The notes under the pieces: generated by a model | The model's input: only the letters and a program-made list of their open reading frames with translations | The model's database searches: none | Told to the model about the DNA's origin: nothing | Part shown: one piece after another, positions 25,618 through 39,553 of the stretch | How the letters are laid out: the number at the start of each line of letters is the position of its first letter | How positions within the stretch are numbered: the stretch's first letter is position 1 | Assembly: GCF_033153115.1 (NCBI RefSeq) | Contig: NW_026889803.1 | Span: forward strand, 13,702,001 to 13,766,000 | DNA: 64,000 nucleotides | From: Saccostrea echinata | Lineage: Eukaryota | Reading direction: 5' to 3' | Position numbers and translations under genes: made by a program

Positions 25618-25872
25618 CATGTACCGGTACACATTTCATAATACCCCAGTTCTGACCTGCTGTAGCTTCACTTACATATGTTTAACATTTAGATTGCTGT
25701 AAATTATCTCATGAACTGATGAATGCAAGATGCCTTAGTTTAAAACATTTGACCTTGCATAAAACAGATGAATAAAAAAATGCATCCAAAAAATATACAT
25801 ACCGATTAACAGTACATGAAATCATGCAACAGAAGTAAACAATCGCAAATTCAATTCTTTTGACTTTGGTTT

Positions 25873-25899
25873 ACTTTCACATTTCACTGGAAAATCCCC
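25873..25899 (-). promoter_or_regulatory. Adjacent kappaB and IRF-E-like sites in the RIPK/NUDCD1 bidirectional promoter
   Basis: The - strand reads GGGGATTTTCC (25899-25889) immediately followed by AGTGAAATGTGAAAGT (25888-25873). A likely kinase 5'UTR donor CG|GTATGT lies at ~25802. Confidence 0.5.
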
Positions 25900-26150
25900 T
25901 GCCTATTTTTATAACTCTTATCCACATCCGTTTAGAATTGTTTTTGGCAAAACGCATAATGTTGTAATACATTAAATTCGATTTAAGATTTTAAAATGCA
26001 AGTAGTTTTTCATAGACGTACAAAAATATTCATTATACAGCTATTTTTCTATCACAGTTTATCTTAAAATTAGCAAATTCATATATTTTGTTAATGGGAT
26101 ATTTTTTTATTTTCGTTCCTTTAAAAACGTAATTTCGTAATTTTACAAAC

Positions 26151-29100
26151 ATGGCGGACAAAGTAGAGTTACGCGTACGTCGCGAGCTTTTGGATCCAAA
26201 TTTTGACGGATATAAGCTGAGTCTTGATCCTTTGCCAACATATACATGCAAATTAGACAATGGTAACGTTTATTGATAAGTTGTATACTGTTGTCATTTT
26301 CATTAACATTGATTTAAGAAGAGCAGAATGGAACATTCGCGAAATAATTTTCTGAAAAAGGTACCATTCCCATGAACAAAGCTTTGATTAGTAAAATTGA
26401 TTTACATGAAAGCATCAATATTGTGTATAAATAGATTAAATTATTAAAAGCATGGGCTTTTATCTGTTTTGGGGCCACAAAACTATATAGCTAGATAATG
26501 AAGAGATTGTGCTGGATCTGTTTCACTCGACTGCATAGTGCCTAAAAAGAAAACTTTGCAAAAGTTGTTTCCCTTTGCAGGGTCAACCAAAAGGTCAAAA
26601 GGGAAAGAAACGACATTTCTTCTCTTTATGCTACCAAACATTTTGTCATGCTCCGATTTCTTTCAATGGGTAGTCTCATCTCAGAACAAACAGTATGTAC
26701 AAGATGTAAATATTTTTTTCCAGTCAAATAACAAAGTTACAAACCAGAAAAGTACAAAGGCTACTGTGAAGATTCTGTGGGTTTTCCCCAAAGATGGTGG
26801 CCAAGGGACATAACTTTTGAAAAGTTTGGGTTCAACTATTTGGCCTTGGAAAAATATAAAGGTTTACTATTAATGCTAATATAAAAATGGTCAGTAGATA
26901 GGATTTTGTTTTAATTTTTTTTTTTTTTTTGAAATACAATTTTTTTAAGACTTCAAGTCTTCAAGCCATACAATATTGTTTTTAATGGTTAATAAGAAGT
27001 GATACTACAATCTTTAAACTGTTAATGAAGGAAAAATATATGAACATGCAATTTCAAGATTCTAGGAAAAAATAATATTTGGGTCGGTGCATAAAATTTG
27101 GGTCAATCTGATAACTGTAAACAAACATTTCTTTCCTTGCGCTAAACAGAATTGGTGATTTTTAGAAACCAAAGATCTATGTCCAGTAACCCTTTCACAA
27201 AAAATCTTAAGATTTATTTTCATCTTAAGAGAAAACCTATGATTTGTTTTTCCTTTTTTGAAAATACTTTGATAAGAGATTCTTAAGGACAAATTTGTTG
27301 TGACTTCACTAGCTAGAGCTCCAACCTTTTTGTATTTTAGAACTATTAATAATGTAAAAGGTCTAAAATAAAAAATAAATTGTTTGCAGGTGCCTACTTA
27401 GCTCACCTGAACCAAAGGCTCAAGTGAGCCATCAGATCAAAATTTGTCTATTGTCTGTTGTGGTGGTTAATTTTTCATATTTTCATTTATTCTCTGGAAC
27501 CACTTCAATTTCAATCAAACTTGGCACTGTACAGATTAATACCAGTATGCAAGGTGAAACATCTTCAGGTAAAACAGATACAAGTTTGTACAAGTCATGG
27601 CCCCTGTGGGTAGGACAGGACCAAAATATTAAGGGACCAAAGGCATCATAAAAATGTATCAGAAAAATCTTCTTAAGAACAGGAAGATCATGATTGTCAT
27701 TTATTATTAAGGATGTCAACGAATAGTCGACTATTCGACTATCAGTCGAATGGATCGACGATCGAATAATGAAACGACATTCGAATATTTTCATAATTAA
27801 ATAAATACAATAAAAGAGTGATAACGTGATGGAATTCTCATTACAAAATTGAGAAACCGTCTTTCCCAAGAAACAGTCGATAATTTTCCTCAACAAAGAA
27901 CAGTTGATTTTCCATGTACATATAAAAAGTACAGTGATTATAAGTGCTTCACTACTGCCGAGTACTGCGGGAATTATTTAGCAGTAACTGCCTGTGTTGT
28001 TTTTGTAATTTAAAATCACTCACCAATTTACTAGGCTTTGTTTGTAAAATTATTAATTGGACTTGATCTTATACCATGTACCAATTATTTTTTTGTTATT
28101 TTAAGATTGCTCAAACGCAAGGAAGAAACCATAACTTTGACATGTTTTGACACTCCGATAATTATTAAAACAATTCGCTTACATTTTAAACTGTATAAGG
28201 ACATTTTGATAGCCAGAGCAAACAATAATCGAATAAGCAGTATCTAACTGTTTAACAATTTCACAGGCACTTGACGTGTGGATAGTGAGAGATTAACCCC
28301 CCCTCCCACAATTTATTTCATAATAAGCTTTAAAAAAAAATCTCCTGGCATTTTTTTTCTTTGCTTGCTTAAATAAAAACTGACTGCATGCACAGATCGA
28401 ATTATGAATTCTATTGACGGGGAAATCATACATTTTGGAGAATTAGGAAAAAAAACATGCTATCTACGCATTACATTGCATAAATTTTGATGTTACTTTT
28501 TAAATAAATTTAAGTAAAAGGGCTTTCTGAATTCTAAATACGTCATGTACCAGTGAAGTTTGAAATACAATTTTATTTTCGGAAAATGTTCCGAATATAT
28601 TCGACTATCGTTCGAATAATGCAATCGAATATTACACTAAGGAAAATAAATATTTTGACATCCCTATTTATTATACACATACAAGTATCCTCAGATAGTG
28701 CAAATATTCAAAATGTTCAAATATGTACTGTGAATTCAAGTTTAGTTATGTCATAACCCATAGGGGCTGGGGGAGGGGGGCACAATATGGGGTAAAAATG
28801 TTATGGTAACATATTGGAAATTTAAACCTAAAAGTTGTATTGATATCAAATATTGTGATCATATCTGCTCTAGTATACTCTAGCTTTCAACTGGGTAAAG
28901 TTTGATGACAGGAGGGATTTAAATTGATGCTTACAAATGTACTTTGATTTTACAGGCATTGCCTTTACATCACTTTCGGAGGATCAGTATTCCTACCATC
29001 ATGCTAAATTGTTCGGAGTCCACAATCACCTATACCTGGATCCATGGAACACGGACTACATTTACTTTATTGACAGTGGCTGGAGTATAGTTCAAGCACT

Positions 29101-32100
29101 ATCTACAGTAAGCACAGTGAAAACTGTCTAATCCAACACCTGTGCAATCCGTTTCACTGTGGAATCCAACATTGATTTTCATTTTAATTCTGTCTATTCT
29201 GACACAAAATTTGTCTCTAGTGCATGTCAGACAGGTTTCACTGTAAGGTGACTTTGTTTGTTTTCTTAAATCGAATAAGGAGGGTGTTGTCATATTTCTT
29301 GTCTTGCTTTTATTTTGATTTTGAAAACAATCTGAAAAATGTCAATTGTGCTAAATTTTAAATGCGCTAGCTATTTAATGGTGTAATTGATGTAGTTGAA
29401 TTCGATACATGTACTAGCTACATTTACATTTAAAGGGAGAATGTAAACCTCTGCTTCTTTAAAATGATATTTTTCCCCAAAATTCAATGAATGTTTCAGA
29501 CCCCAGGATTACGAAACTGACTCAGACTTTCAAAACTTAACTCGTCTGTTCTATAAGTGTAAACTATTAAAATTTGTGATTTATTAATTGCACTTAAGAT
29601 ACAAAAGTTCTATCTTTTACCAGGGAGCCGGTGTCACCATTACCAGTAATGCTGGAATCATTCCTGATCTGAACAGGCAGAACTCAGTGAATGGCCGACT
29701 AAATGCCTCCCTGTGTTTTGTATCAGAAGACATGGCTGTGGTTGGAGATGGTGCTGGAAAGCTTCATTTGTATTTCACTGGAGCTAGGAATTGTTCACAG
29801 CTCTGGAAGGTTTTTAAGACATTTAATATTGTATATGGTCATAGCCTTGGCTTGATATGAAGTCATGAATTAAGCCACTGGTACTAGTGTAAAAAAAAAT
29901 AAAACAGTATTATGTCATAATGAGGTCTACATGTATTTCCTTATAAGAACTTTTAAGTCGGTGCCATAATTAGGGGGTTAAATTTCACATTAATATTTCC
30001 AGTACATCAAGTAATCTTATTCAGATTTTTCGACTTTATGCAGATTGTATTTTCTAATGATCCACTGGAGAACAGCACCCCATTCCTGTTGGTAGATGCA
30101 GTGCTGCATACAGTGGACAGTGCATACAAACTGGAATGCCTGTGTGTACATGTGGTAGAGTGTGATGCTGAGCAGAAAGACAAGTACAGAGCTACACATT
30201 TAACAGTCATGGAGTGGATTACAATATCCTCAGGTAAGTATCCATTTTGTGTGTATACAGGAGCCTGTTTTTGTAACTGAATAAAATTCAACATTAACCT
30301 TAAAAACATAACTTGATGTTTAAGCTTCAAAGAATATATTTTTTCCTCTACGTTTTTCACTTTTTTGTAATATTCTAGACAAAAATTCACTTTTTACAAA
30401 AGCTACATATTGTTAAGGGTTACCATTTTTTCATTTGATTAAAAAGAAATTAATTGATGAAATGAACTTTAAATTTTTATTCACAGGAGATAAAATTACT
30501 TGGGTGCAAGAGCGAAGTCGACGTCTTTATGGGAGAAGACCTTTTGATTATGCTGCCTTCAGTAAGGACGGATCTGCTCTGATTGTTGGGGCTGAGGCAG
30601 ATTTTGTCTTTGAGTATGACTCACTGAAGCCAGTTAGAGAAGAGGAACCCATGGAGGCAGAAACCAATGGACAAGGTCAGGCTTCAAGTTTAGAAACTCT
30701 ACATTGTCAGAAAAGCATGAATATATTGGAATTTCCCATTATCTTATCTGAAATGATTATATTTTATCAAAATGGTATGAAAAAATGCATGTAGCAGTGA
30801 TTAACCAGTATTTAACACCATGAACCACATTTAGGCATTACGGGGCATTTTTTAAGGAATGTCATGTAACACGCAGATGGATGTAGTGTTAAACAAGTGA
30901 TTTACCCTGTTTGTAGAAAAGCCAGAACCTGAATACACCTGGTCACAGAATAGCGAGGAAGTGACTGCATTGTTCACTTTACCCAGTGGTCTGACCAAAG
31001 CAGATGTGTACTTCATATTATCACATGACTTCATTGACTTCGGAATCAAAAATGGAAACCATTTGTTGAAGGGTCAGCTATTTGGAGATATAGATGTAGA
31101 AGGTAGCACTTGGAAAATTCAAGACCAGAGGTAAAAGACGTAGAGAAACTTGATTTGCTAATTTTTTGTCCATTATTTAGTCCCAAAATATATATATTAC
31201 ATGTACTTAGCCTATATGTTGTGGTTTTGAGAAAATGAGATTCATGTTTTTGGTCATTATTTTTATAAACTCCCAAAACAGGGTAGAGTTGACTTTGAGT
31301 AAATGCGAGGAGCAGGTGTGGTCACATATTGTAGTGGGAGACAATCGTGGTGAAATGACTATGGATCCAGCAATGATAGCTCAGATCCACGAGAGATTGG
31401 CAGGTCTTACCTCCGACCAGCTGGTGAGTACCATATGCAGTAAAACACGCTTATAATGAAGTGCCAGGGATGGAAGATTTTGCTTCGTTGTAAGCGTAAT
31501 TCATTATATTCATTAGATTCATGATGTATTTTAAAGTCACAGGAAATGAAAAGCACTTCGCTGTAGGTGTCATTTCATTAATATAAGTGTGTTTTACTGT
31601 ACATTATAAAAGTTGTGTGTGGTTTGTCAAGTTGTTCTTTTCGATGTCTTCTCTTAAATCACTTTGCAAATTTCAACTACTTGAAAAACGTAAATGCAAA
31701 AAAAAACAGTTTTTAATTATAAGGTGAAAATTTTGCCCCAATGTTGTAGAATCCTGATCCTGAAGAGGGGAAAGAAAAACCATACAACTCACAACAGCTC
31801 GAGGAATGTGATGTATTCCCAGAGGAATCCTCTTCTTTAATGAGGTTTGATGGAGATACACATAAAATAACACATCAGGTAAGCTTGATAGGTACAGTGT
31901 AGTTGCATTATCATGTGTATATTTACAGCTATAGGGAATAAAACCATTTCAATTTTAAATTGTTAATTTTTTTTGCATGATTATTATGTAATTTTTTATT
32001 CTTTCATGAAAAGCTTTCTTTCTTTTTAATTTGATAGACAAACACAGGGAGCCATCAGTTTCTTTTCTCTGCCTCGCTTGATAAAGACAAATCCTCTGCT

Positions 32101-32490
32101 CTCTGTTTACGTCATGATGTTGATGGCATCATGTGGCAACCAGAAAACCAGTGCAAAGAAACAGAACTTCCATGGCAACATGTGGCAACATTCAATGCAT
32201 TTGGTTATGTTCAGGCCTCTAAACAAAATCGAAAATTTACCTTATGTGCTCCAGACTGTTCATTTGCTGTTATTTGTGACATATGGCGACATGCCTATGT
32301 ATATAGACAGCCAGCACCTATTGCAACTCCAGTCAGAAATCGTAAAGATGGACGGCAAATTAGCCATGTTGCCAAGCAACAAGTGGTTTCACTGGAGTGT
32401 ACAGATCACATTGTTGGTATAAAGGCAACATCACAGAAACTCTATATTTTGACTGAATCTGTGTTACATGCTGTTCAAATCAGTTCATAA
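26151..32490 (+). CDS. NUDCD1: NudC domain-containing protein 1
   Basis: Exons 26151-26262, 28956-29107, 29624-29809, 30044-30233, 30487-30675, 30917-31130, 31282-31423, 31750-31878 and 32038-32490. N-terminus [31 protein letters not shown] domain YTWSQ..., C-terminal HDVDG..WQP and [15 protein letters not shown]. Confidence 0.93.
27708..28666. mobile_element. Non-autonomous hAT-type element nested in a HINE fragment in NUDCD1 intron 1
   Basis: TAAGGATGTCAA...TTGACATCCCTA TIRs, an exact 8-bp TSD TTTATTAT (27700-27707 and 28667-28674), and subterminal TCGACTAT/CGAATA repeats. Confidence 0.8.
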
Positions 32491-35400
32491 GAATACATGT
32501 GTATGCATGGCAAATTCAGTTCTTGGCCCTCAGTTTCAAAAACAAGCATGTTGACTTAATTTTCACACATTCATGAAAAACATGCTTTTGATCAGAAAAA
32601 TCTTTACATTAATCTGGTTTAGAATCATTTTTAGCCATCAATACATGTATCAATTTTGTTGTTTTCAAAACAAAGTTTTTGTTAATTTTAATATAGCAAT
32701 GAAACAATAAATAAAACTGTTTACTAATGTTGTGTGCAATTTTATTTGATGAGCATTTAAAAGTGGAATGTATATTTTACAGTCCAAGCACTGGGCGTGT
32801 TTATGTGCATCAAACACAATTCTAACAAACTGAGGAACACTACAAGCATAATAATCTATGATTAAAAATTAATTTGGTCATTATACATATTTGTGTTGCG
32901 TAACTTTTTGTAGCTCTGTAGAACAGTATCTGGGATAGTCTGTGGAATCTGAAAACCTTTTTGTGGATAAATCTGTATTCTATGTAGACATCCCATCAGA
33001 GCACTAATAACATCACGCAGTGATCCCACTTCTGTATTGGGGTAACTGAGCATTGGAATTGGCGGTGAAGTCACCAAAACTTGCAAATCAGGAGTTTCTC
33101 TGAAGCCTGGCCATAGTTTCATGAATGTGGCATAAACTCTTCTTTCCATGTATGGCATCTGCACCAAAAGTATCTTTTTTTTTTGGTAATAAGTTTCTTT
33201 GTTTCAGGATATTGTATGAAAAGCTTACATTTTCACCTGTATTAGTAGCTTTGGGTTCCAACAGAATTTTATTTTTGTTGACACCTAGAGATATGGCCCT
33301 ATCTTTAAATATCTCAGCTTCAGATTTTTTCCATTTCCCTACATGGAACACAAAACAAATATATATAAAGTCAGGTTATTCTGCATTTTAAATGACATCT
33401 ATATTCATAAATTCAATAAATGAAGAAGAAGGAATTCACCTCTAGTATTTGCACCTTCCTTTCCTGAGAAGAGAATCCATGGTGCCATTCCTTGACGCCA
33501 CAACATGGCAGCATGTTCAACTGTTCGTAAGTCATGGTTTCCTAGAACCAATATAACATCACTCTGTAATGAAAATCATTTAGTTTATTAAAAAAAATGA
33601 CCTGCTGATAGTTTCTAGATCTATATATTATTTTCGTGGTGGTGATGGTGGGGGGGGGGGGGGGGGTTGTTACACCATTTCTGTGAAGAACAAAATCAAT
33701 CCCTTAAAATTTTATGAACTTTATTACCAGATATACTCGTGCTTCTGAACATGCATGACCACTTAAAATACATATATGCAGCTGATAGATGTAGGATAAT
33801 CCGAGATTCCTCTGACTCTAACCCTTATCTCGGTGGAGATTCGGCTGGGCTAGATATTTGGTCTGCTTTTATTTTGTGACATGTGACTCTAACCCCCGCA
33901 CATGTCACAACATATTTACACCCACTGAATATTATTTCCTTTATTTCTTATAAAAACCATTGCCGTTAATCAGTCCATATTAAAACAACACTAAGCAAGC
34001 CACCAGCATAGATTTCTTAAGCAACGGCTGTTCTATCAATTAAGCATACAATGGCATACACACCTATAATACAATATTTAACATATTTAATTTACTTCGA
34101 ATGTTTTTTTTTTATAATGATATAGATATAAACAATAAAATGTCTTTCTTTCTTTTTTAGTACGGGAATTAACGTTGCACCTATTGCAGAAAAAATTCAC
34201 ATAACCCGCGTAAGCGGGTTATGTATTTTTTCTGCAACAGCTGCAACATTAATTCCCGTACTAACAACCAAAGTTTAAATATAAATGCGGGGGTTAGAGT
34301 CACAGACCTGTTCAGGTCCAGTACATTTAGCTACGTAGCTAAAATTACCTACCGTAGCTTTATTTACCTACCTCAGGTAGCTTTATTTAGCTATTTCAAG
34401 ATAACTTTTCACAATTTTGCTTTTCATTTTAAAAATACAAAAAAAAAAACGCAAATATTAAATGACTACTATATTTATACTAGGGATTATATAAAAAGCA
34501 ATCCAAAGCAGGGATAGTTCTAACATTGCTGCGTTTGAACACTTTTAAGGAAAAGATGTATTTCCATTGTTTGAGTAACTGTACACCACCTTGTGTGCAA
34601 TGGGGCGTGGATAAGTATGATTGCCTCTCATTGTGTTCATGTTAACCAGAACTAGTTTTCTTTGTTATTTCATTTAAGAAGTAACTGTTTGGTCATAAAT
34701 TAACTGTTGTATATAGCCCAAAACTTTTAGAACTTTGATTGCGCAGAAAAAGACACATCTCCAAGAGTGATTTTTTCAAGAATTGTTTTCAGATGAGTTC
34801 AAAGTTGAAAATTATCACTGCATCAAAGTGCAGTATTCTGCACTTTCTGGGGGAAATGCTAATTTAAGAAATAAGTTTGATTTAGTAGCTAAATAAAACT
34901 ATACTTCAGGTACGTAAATAAAGCTATGTAGGTAATTCAAGCTATGTAGCTAAATCTAGTGACTGTACCAGACCTGCTGGGGTACTACTAAACAGAGAAC
35001 TCTAAAGAACCCTAGAGAACCCTAATGATTTTTTAGCAAAATTTGCTCGTTCTTGCGCATTCAGGAATCACTGGATATTTATTACGTGACTATGGTTATG
35101 TATCTTTAATTATTTCTTGTTTGTAAATGAAATATTTATGTTTTAAATTACCAATATATCATACAAAAACAAAATAAGATTTAAAAAAAGAATATTATGC
35201 CAGGTGTTATGCTTATTTTCAATGGAATACTAATGTATGAAGACTTCATCATACTTTGTGTAATTTTAATTATTTTTTCAAATAAGTTTACGCCAAGTTT
35301 CGCGGCTTTGCAGGCCATTTAAAAGTGTCCGAAAACATATCATGAAAATTAGTTATATGAATCCTCTACCTTCGTTTTATATTCTCTGAAAATTTTATAA

Positions 35401-37548
35401 AATTCTTCTGCATCGTTTTTGTGTAATTAAATCCCAAACATGCCATTGTTGTCGTTACATTTTCGACGTCATTCTATTGAATTATATAAGAAAAACGTCG
35501 TTTTCGGCTCGTTTTGAGGCAAGATTTTGTTTCAAAAAATACCAATAACTTTTAAATGGTGCAGACGAAATTGTTTCCCCTTTGGTATTTTAACAAAGAA
35601 TTGATTTGAAATAAATCAATGTGAAAAAATTAATATGTCTTCGGGTTAGTTTTCGCGTAATTTAAATGTGGATAATTGCTTTTATATCGCAAAATGTAAC
35701 ATTTTTAAGAACGACGTCATAAAATATCGCGACGACATGCTTGACGTCGTGAATGTCTATCCGATATTCAGTGCAGAAGAATAAGATAATTTTTATAAAA
35801 AAAAAAATCACGTCTATCTGCTTTCAAGTGACCCGTGAATCGTATCAAAATAATTCAATATCAATGAAATGATTATTAGGCATGTTTCTCTTCAGATTAG
35901 GTTTTTTTTGTACGTCTTATATTTGTGAAAATTCTCGCAAGGGACGTTAAACAAGTCAATCCTTTAGATTCTTTCTTCCAAATTACTTTCTTTATGTGTT
36001 GTTTTCTTATCGTTTCTTTCTTGTTTGTTTTTGTTTTGCATTTTTTCGTAGATTAGACGTATCCTTACATTTGGTGTATTTTTCTTTTCCAGCGTGCTGG
36101 CGGAAAACGCTATCCTCTAATTCAAGTAATTCAAGTACATAATTTTTTTTTATTTAGACCATTCAGCAAGGCGCTCAAATCTACGAATTTCTGCCAAATA
36201 TCGTCCCGGCTAAATACAATATATTTTCGGTGTATATTTAAAAAAAATATTTAGTTTTACATACCACATTTTCAGAGGGGTAAATGGGACGAGAATTTAC
36301 AAATTAATTTTATCTGACGTTATCAACAGCCATTTTTTTAGAACATTAATTCTACTTGTTGGACATGGAAAGCAAAGTAGCGAATAAAATCTGTAGGTAT
36401 ATATTAAACAGCATTGCATGCTGTTGCTTAGGGGACGACCATTTCATTCGGGGGGGGGGGGGGGGCTTACAGATTTTGTAAATAAATAATCTGTCCTCGA
36501 AAATGTTGAAAATAAATAATCTCTCCATGACTACCGGTAGTTCTAGCCCCCCCCCCCCCTTCAAATGGGAGTTTTCAACTTTGAGGTATTTCTTTCTTTT
36601 TGTTTTTTGTTTGTTTGTTTGTTTTTTTTTTTTTTTTGCTTGTCAGACTTTTTCCAGTGAAGCAGAAATAAATAATCTGTCCTTCACCGACATGAAAATA
36701 AACAATCTTACTCAGTAAAATTTGCCACCCCCTCTCCCTCAAAATCAAATAGTTGTTCCCTAACAGGAGGTCAGTGTCGCTAAAAAATTGTCTTTATGTT
36801 TCATCGTACCTTAGCAGTATAAACTTGTAGATTTATATATTTTAAAAATACCCTTTTTTAAAATATAGGTTAATCTTTTGATGTAACAGGAGTATTTGCG
36901 ATTTTTTTTAAATAATGGCTTCTTTATTAATAAAACAAACTGTTAATTCAAATACGATCAAAGGAAAAAAGGTCAGATGAATCTTATGTCCATATCGTTT
37001 CGCGATACCAAGTGAAAACAAATCAATCGCAATTTCTCGGGCCTTTCCGACAAGCCGAAAAACAACCAATTGTATTTTCCAAGCTTGCAGGAAAGGCCCG
37101 AGAAAATAACAAATAATTAAACGTTTTTGATACTTCCAGTGTCGATCATTCGAATCGTAATAAGCCTTCTTCACTAAATTACCAATTCCAACAAAAGTTA
37201 TATGTAAGTATTGCATCGACTATACAAATCGTAAAAAGTCTTCATTATGTGTGATAAGTTGTTGCTTAAATAATATAACACTTAACTACCAATTCCAAGA
37301 AAAGTTGTAGCTAAATAATAATATACTGAAGAATTTAATAAAACAAAAATCATCGCAGATTTCTTTTTCTTTGTGACGTCATAATCAAATGTGCACAAGA
37401 AAGTCGCCCAAATCATATAAATTGCGTACCCAGTTTTAACGACGTCATCAAACCCGCGACCTACTTTAATGACTAAGAGTTCTATATAACTTAAAAAATG
37501 AAATTAAATAAAAAACATGTGGGTACCAGGCTCTGCCTTTAATAAAAA

Positions 37549-38854
37549 ACAAGAGGCCCAAGGGTCTTAACGGTCACCTGAGTATAACACAACAATTTAG
37601 AGGATCCATAGAGTATAAAATGAACTGAAAGGTGACGCTTTGTTGCCCAAAAGCAAGAAAAATAGGGTGATCAGGATCAACAAAATAATTAGTCTAGTAT
37701 TCATTAACAGTTCATAAATTAGGTTCTAATCTGTTCCCCATTTATCACTCTCACCATACAGTACATTAACAAACTATCAGTGCTTCTGTACTATTTTAAT
37801 CCCTTGTTGAAATCTCTTACATTGGCCTCTCTTGGTCTTTGATGAACATTTAATAAGGCAAGCTATTTTTGTCTCATTTTTATTTATATATTACTTGCAA
37901 GTCTACCTGATCATTAAAACTATGAAAGTACTTTTTGTATTATACAATAAAAATTCTTGCATAATTCTCTTATTCTATTAACCTTTCAAGTATATTATTT
38001 ACAGTGATTAATTATCAAAAGTAAATGGCAAAGGGGAATAACTCCTCTCAGTAGAATATAAATTAATAGAGCCCTGGCCAGGACCAGAACACTTGACCAA
38101 ATGGTCCAGATGTTCAAAAATCTGGTAAAAATACCCTTCCTTATAATTGTTTTTTTACTCTTTTTGCCTCTGATATGCCCAGGCGCAGAGAAGATTTCTA
38201 AAGAAATAATGCATTTTTACTACAGATTCACTATAATATGATCAATAGCACCCCCCCCCCCCCCTCCCCACTGAGAAACACCAGAGCCACTCACCCTGGG
38301 ACCAGAGGTTTGCTCATCATAAGTAATCACTTTGCTTATCTGCTTAACAATAAGGAGCCGACAGGATTATTTGATAGAATTAATGCATTTTCACTATATT
38401 ATCAAGAGTCCCAACCTTACACCAGCACATCTGACCCAGGGGTCATGCAATTCACTACTCTGGAAGAAGCACTCTTGCTTATCATAATTATATACTTATA
38501 GCTTCTTTGCTTTTTAACCAGAAGCAGAAAAGAATATTTTTCAAAGAAATTTTGCTTTATCACTATATAATCAATAGAGCCCCCCCCCCCCTTTTTCACC
38601 AGAACCCTTGACCCTGGGACCATGAAATTCACAATTTTGGAAGAGGCATCCTTGCATATCATAACAATGTACATGTACTTAGTTTGTTTAAATAATACCC
38701 AGGAGTAGAGAAGAAAAATGCACTTTCACTATATAATCTATATAGCCCACCCTAGCATCAGAACCCCTGACCCTGGGGCCATGAATTTCACAATTTTGGT
38801 AGAGCTACCCTTGCTTATCATAACTATGTATGCAATTTGTTTCAATAATACCCA

Positions 38855-38889
<35 letters not shown>

Positions 38890-39553
38890 CTTTCACTATA
38901 TGATCTATATAGCCCCACCCTATCACCAGAACCCCTGACCCTGGGGCCATGAATTTCACAATTTTGGTAGAGGGCTCAATGCTTAATTATTACAGTCATG
39001 CCAACAGTTTGACTGCTTGGTGTCCAGTAGTAAAGAAGAAGATTTTTAAAGATAGCATTAATTTTGGTGGTTTTAGCCCCACCCCTCAGGCCCCAGGGGG
39101 GCAGGGACCATGAAATTCACAAATTTTGTTCCTCTTCACAAATAGATGCCATATGCTAAAATTGGCTGAAATTGGTTCAGCGGTTTCAGAGAAGAAGCAT
39201 AGGCACTCCCCAGCTTAATTGTTAAAAAAATATATATCTACTATACTATAAACATAACGTACTGCAAGATTCAACCTGATTTGATTTTATTTCAATAAAT
39301 GACAGCTTCCGATGTCTGAGAAAAGTCCGACTTAGGCGAGAAATTCTCGCTATTAGTCAGAAAGTGCCCCTAAGCGGAATCCAACATGGAGGCTAGTTTC
39401 ATGCCTTGTTATGTTTATAGTATAGTAGATATATATTTTTTTAACAATTAAGCTGGGTAGTGCCTATGAGAAGAAGCTGAAAAAATTCAAATGTTAACAC
39501 ACGACGGACGAAAACAGAAAACAATAGGTCACCTGAGTGACTCAGGTGACCAA
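37549..39553 (+). mobile_element. Complete HINE (Helentron-associated) element with a ~166-bp satellite core
   Basis: 5' ACAAGAGGCCC...GGTCACCTGAGT, tandem AGAACCCCTGACCCTGGGGCCATGAATTTCACAATTTTGGTAGAG units, a GACGGACG microsatellite and the 3' hairpin GGTCACCTGAGTGACTCAGGTGACC. Confidence 0.8.
39198..39468. mobile_element. MITE with an 8-bp TSD (P- or hAT-like) inserted in the HINE
   Basis: ~60-bp TIRs CATAGGCACTCCCCAGCTTAATTG...CAATTAAGCTGGGTAGTGCCTATG; TSD AGAAGAAG at 39190-39197 and 39469-39476. Confidence 0.82.
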
